A DNA stretch of 64,000 nt. Origin: Tubiluchus corallicola (lineage: Eukaryota; Animalia; Priapulida). Both the position numbers and the translations under genes were made by a program. The notes under the pieces were generated by a model. The model was given only the letters and a program-made list of their open reading frames with translations, searched no databases and had not been told where the DNA came from. Location of the stretch: positions 620,001 through 684,000 of the forward strand of contig JAQGDQ010000004.1 of assembly GCA_030141605.1 (NCBI GenBank), read 5' to 3'. Below are positions 60,266 to 64,000 of the stretch, one piece after another (within the stretch, counting starts at the first letter, position 1; every line of letters starts with the position of its first letter).

Positions 60266-62774
60266 CTGTTCTGTCGCCTGTCTGAAGTGGATGGTAACAG
60301 AGGAAACACACATTTTCCGTTAGGATCTTGCTTTTACAAATATCTGCAGCAAATGCCACTTCTTTTAGCTCCATAAAAACGATGGTTTTAATGATAATCT
60401 AGGGTAAAAGAAAGCCCATGTGGTTGGTGGGTCAAGGCACTAAAACCATTATCAGCATTTGCTATATTGCATTTTAGGAGGATTAGCCAACAGTGGCCCT
60501 ACACTTCTTATAGTTCAGCTCTTAGAGCTTTTGTCTGCTACGAAGACTCGTAAACATAAATCAGTAGTTACTTCACATATATTTAGGACAATAATGTTAG
60601 TTATGTGTGCATTTACTTCCTGCAAAATCTATTCGTTGTCGCCAGAGACGAATAAAATTGTTTCTTCTCGTGGTTTTATCCTTCTCCCGAAAATGAATTG
60701 GGAATTCTAATGAACATAAAATATCCTTGTTTGCGAATATCTTCAAGCTGACGAAAAGAAATGCGAGTTTTTTTATTACCTTTAAACCATTCAGATCGTT
60801 CGGATCAAACTACGTGTAATCTGGAGTATAGGTCAAACTACAACACTCTTAATCAACGGGGTAAGCTGTAGACAAATCTAATTTTAGTCATAATATTTGC
60901 ACTGTGAGAGAACCTAATGGTATAATAATAAACCGTTTATTGGGCTTCGATTTCCAAAGACAAGTGTGATGTAGGCTTTTCGCGTTTGTTGAAGCGTTGG
61001 TATACTACCGACTTTTCTCATCCAACTTTTGCTAGCCAAGGTTTTCCTATCCGACAAAAATTATAAGTGTGTCACTGTCAATTTTGTCGACATTATCAAT
61101 ACAGTATATATGCACTATTTTTTATTTAACTTTTCAGATAATTATGAACGATTTTCAACCAATATTAATACAAAAAATGACAACTCTCTCGCCATCAACT
61201 TTTATAATTCATCAAACGAAATGTATCCATCTACTAATATCAACAATGCGCGTACTTCTCACATAGTGAATTACGAAAGACACCCAATTATCTATCAAAA
61301 GAATATTGAATGAAATAATCAAGCCAGGCCAAACAAGACCCTTCAAAGAAATGGGTCTCTGTGTGTTTGCAGCACTTCATTAACATTATTCGCATTCACA
61401 CTAAAGAATAAAGCGAGAACAAACTTATCATCATGTGTAAACGCCTTGCAGGAATGCGACTGATTAAGAAAGAACATTCTATGGCCAACTTGGGTTTGTG
61501 TAATAATGTAATAACTGTAATTGTACATATGACCCCATTGCAAGAGTGCTTGTGTAATTTGGTCGGTTCTAGTGTTTCTTTATAGCCTCTATGGAGTACT
61601 TTCCCTCAGAAGTACAAAAACAAAGACAAATAGGTCATAGATAGATAAAGCAAACGCACGCGGTTACATGATAACTATCTGGGGAGCAAAGTGAAAGCGG
61701 CTGAAAGGAAATTATTTTCAATGCTTTTTTATTCCAGTTCCAAAGGCTTCCAACCCTTGCACAACAGCTTGCAACACCGGCTTCAGTTGTTCAAGCATCA
61801 GTAATAAGTACGTATTGACATGTAATCGTTTTCGCAATTTGTATGTTACCCACAAACGTATCATTCCGTGTAATTCCTCCATAATTATCCTGCTTTTACG
61901 CCGGAGTCGCGCATTACAACGTGTTTGTTCAACCGGCTAACTGCTACTAGTTGACAATATTTTCAACGACCTGGAACTGTGAAATTAGTGAAGACAGCGT
62001 TGGCCTCCAGGCAGAGATACAACTTGGTACATCGATGAAGCTCGGGTGATGAAAAATGCTGCTTCGGAAAAGTCTTGGATTCCTAGAAGATTTCACATTG
62101 AGCACTGTTGAACTGAAGTTAATATCAAATATGAATAATCTGAAATAACTTTCTAACAATAAATTAGGAAGTATATTCCTAATGTCTCCGATCCAGATTT
62201 AGAAGAAATGCGATTCTTATTGGTTCATAATTTTAAAGTAAAATAATATAATTAAAATTCAGGATACAGAACTGCCAAAAATAATGTTCAATAAAATGAA
62301 TCTTAATGGTTTATTTATAAACTTATAAATCGGATAATATAATATGCGATATTTAAATTTTAATAATACAAGCTAATACAGCATAATGTAATATCATACT
62401 TTGCATATTAAGTACTTCGCGTTACTCTGTTCTTCCAGGAATTCCTAGATAAGTCATTGTTATCTATGCTGCGCATTGCACCTTTTTTGCTATTTGGGAC
62501 GTCTGCTAGATTGAACTTCATTGAAGAAGCGCTAAAATTTAACTTGCGTAAAAAATGTTTCAACTAGTAAACAATATTTGCCATTTAAAAGTATTAAATC
62601 ATCTGGTGAAATGAAATAGTTGCTGAATGTTAAAAACGCGAACTTCTTTATAGGCGAATTTTTTTTATTAGCATTATCATTTTAAATCACAGATTGTTAC
62701 TATACAAACCGAATTTTATTTTACATTTTACATTACAATAGAGTTTTAATAAAATAGTTATCACTATCTTTTTC

Positions 62775-63420
62775 TCCATTTATCTGCCTATCTACGTGTC
62801 TGCCTGATTGCTTTTCTATCTATTTGTCTACTTCTCTATCTGTCATCTATCTTTCAGCTTATTTTGCTATTCCATACATCTCTTTCATCAATCTTACTGA
62901 TATATGCAAGTGTATGTGACTATATATGTGCATATATCGTGATGTACGAGTAAATTAGAGTTGGGTAAGTATAATTTTAATGTCTCTCGGGGTCTTGCCT
63001 TCTCGCTACTTGAGCGGCAATTACTATTATTACGGGAATGCAGGTACTACAAGTACTCTACTCAGAATTAATGTCCTAGTAGGCACTTATAAATAACATG
63101 ATTATAAATCAAAGCAGAAAATGAATTAACTTAGCTGAAAATACAGCTCTCCTCTCCGCTGTAGTATAAATTAAATCCTTTATTCAATGTTATGAATCCT
63201 GCATTCCTTCATTACGATTGCATATCACTTCGCCAGGGCCCATTTCGCAGTGCGTCATTTCGCAGTGCGTCATTTCGCCAGTCTATCTTATGCTTAATAA
63301 CTCAAAAACTAGAAAGCCCTATAAGATCAAATTTGGTATGGGACCAACCAGAGGACAAGGGTCACCGGGACCTATGACCACTGGTCATTATTGGTCAAGC
63401 CGCTTAAATTATTAGCCAAA
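62775..63420 (+). mobile_element. Helentron-associated (HINE/DINE-1-like) relics, possibly two in tandem
   Basis: (TATC/TGTC)n tract at 62780-62850. GGAATGCAGG plus hairpin GTACT-ACA-AGTAC at 63034-63057. Complementary CCTGCATTCC at 63198, then CATTTCGCAGTGCGT repeats and AATAACTCAAAAACT...ATCAAATTTGGTATG. Confidence 0.45.
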
Positions 63421-64000
63421 AACGCCACATTAAGATTTTCTTTGGCACCTTCTGGACGGCGTTGCTTACGACCTTTTTCAAATAGACAATAGATTCCGTT
63501 AGAGAAAGAAATCCTCTTTCAGAAGCTGTGCTTAGTTTTTGTCCAAACGCTTTAGCGTTTTCTGCATGTTAATACGAACGTTTTCTACATAAACTTTGTT
63601 AATTTTGAGGGTACGGCTTTAAGACTTTTCTTCAAAATTTTCAAGACCGTTTGACTCCCAAATACCTTAATTATGGACCATAAGCGCTCTTCAAACATGT
63701 GATCAACAACCAGCAATTATCAGTTTCCATCTTAGTTGGTCGTGCAGCTTTTATGTCCAGTGGCAAAGGGCTGGCGTTTTTTGGGATCTTAAACATCGTT
63801 GAAATTTCAGAAAAAAGGCTCCGCCCTTTAGGGTACTATCATGGTGAGGGTTTTATTTTCGCTACTGCCAAATAATGCAGGGTTACGACATTTTACTAGC
63901 GGTCAGTAACGCCAACTCTCCTGGCGATTTATTATGCAAAGTTCGTCTGCATAGGTGTAACGGCCAAAAGAATGTCCAAGATGGCCATGCCTCCGTCTTC

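Noticed and set aside
59820-62220. Possible further decayed LINE coding fragments
   Set aside because: Only vague motif hints; no catalytic motif could be read with confidence.

Overview
AT-rich animal (probably invertebrate) genomic DNA with spliceosomal GT-AG introns. Two multi-exon protein-coding genes lie in tandem on the minus strand, both reconstructed by hand from splice sites and reading phase. One is SF3A2 (8 coding exons, 45147->34536, about 346 aa). The other is a ZMYND8/PRKCBP1 orthologue (PHD-bromodomain-PWWP reader; putative ATG at 28788, running off the left edge before the MYND finger). SF3A2 intron 6 holds a full-length, lightly decayed RTE/BovB-type LINE (36023-39951, 10-bp TSD). 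Upstream of SF3A2 are two abutting, oppositely oriented Academ-like DNA transposon relics. The most striking element is a TSD-flanked composite SINE (49183-49745, minus strand). It consists of a complete 5S rRNA head with no terminator, a tandem structured linker, an RTE 5'UTR segment homologous to the LINE in this window, and an RTE ORF-end/3'UTR tail. The remaining 50-64 kb has no recognisable gene and consists of microsatellites, MITE/HINE/SINE relics and a decayed reverse transcriptase. Family assignments come from recalled consensus motifs, not from database searches.
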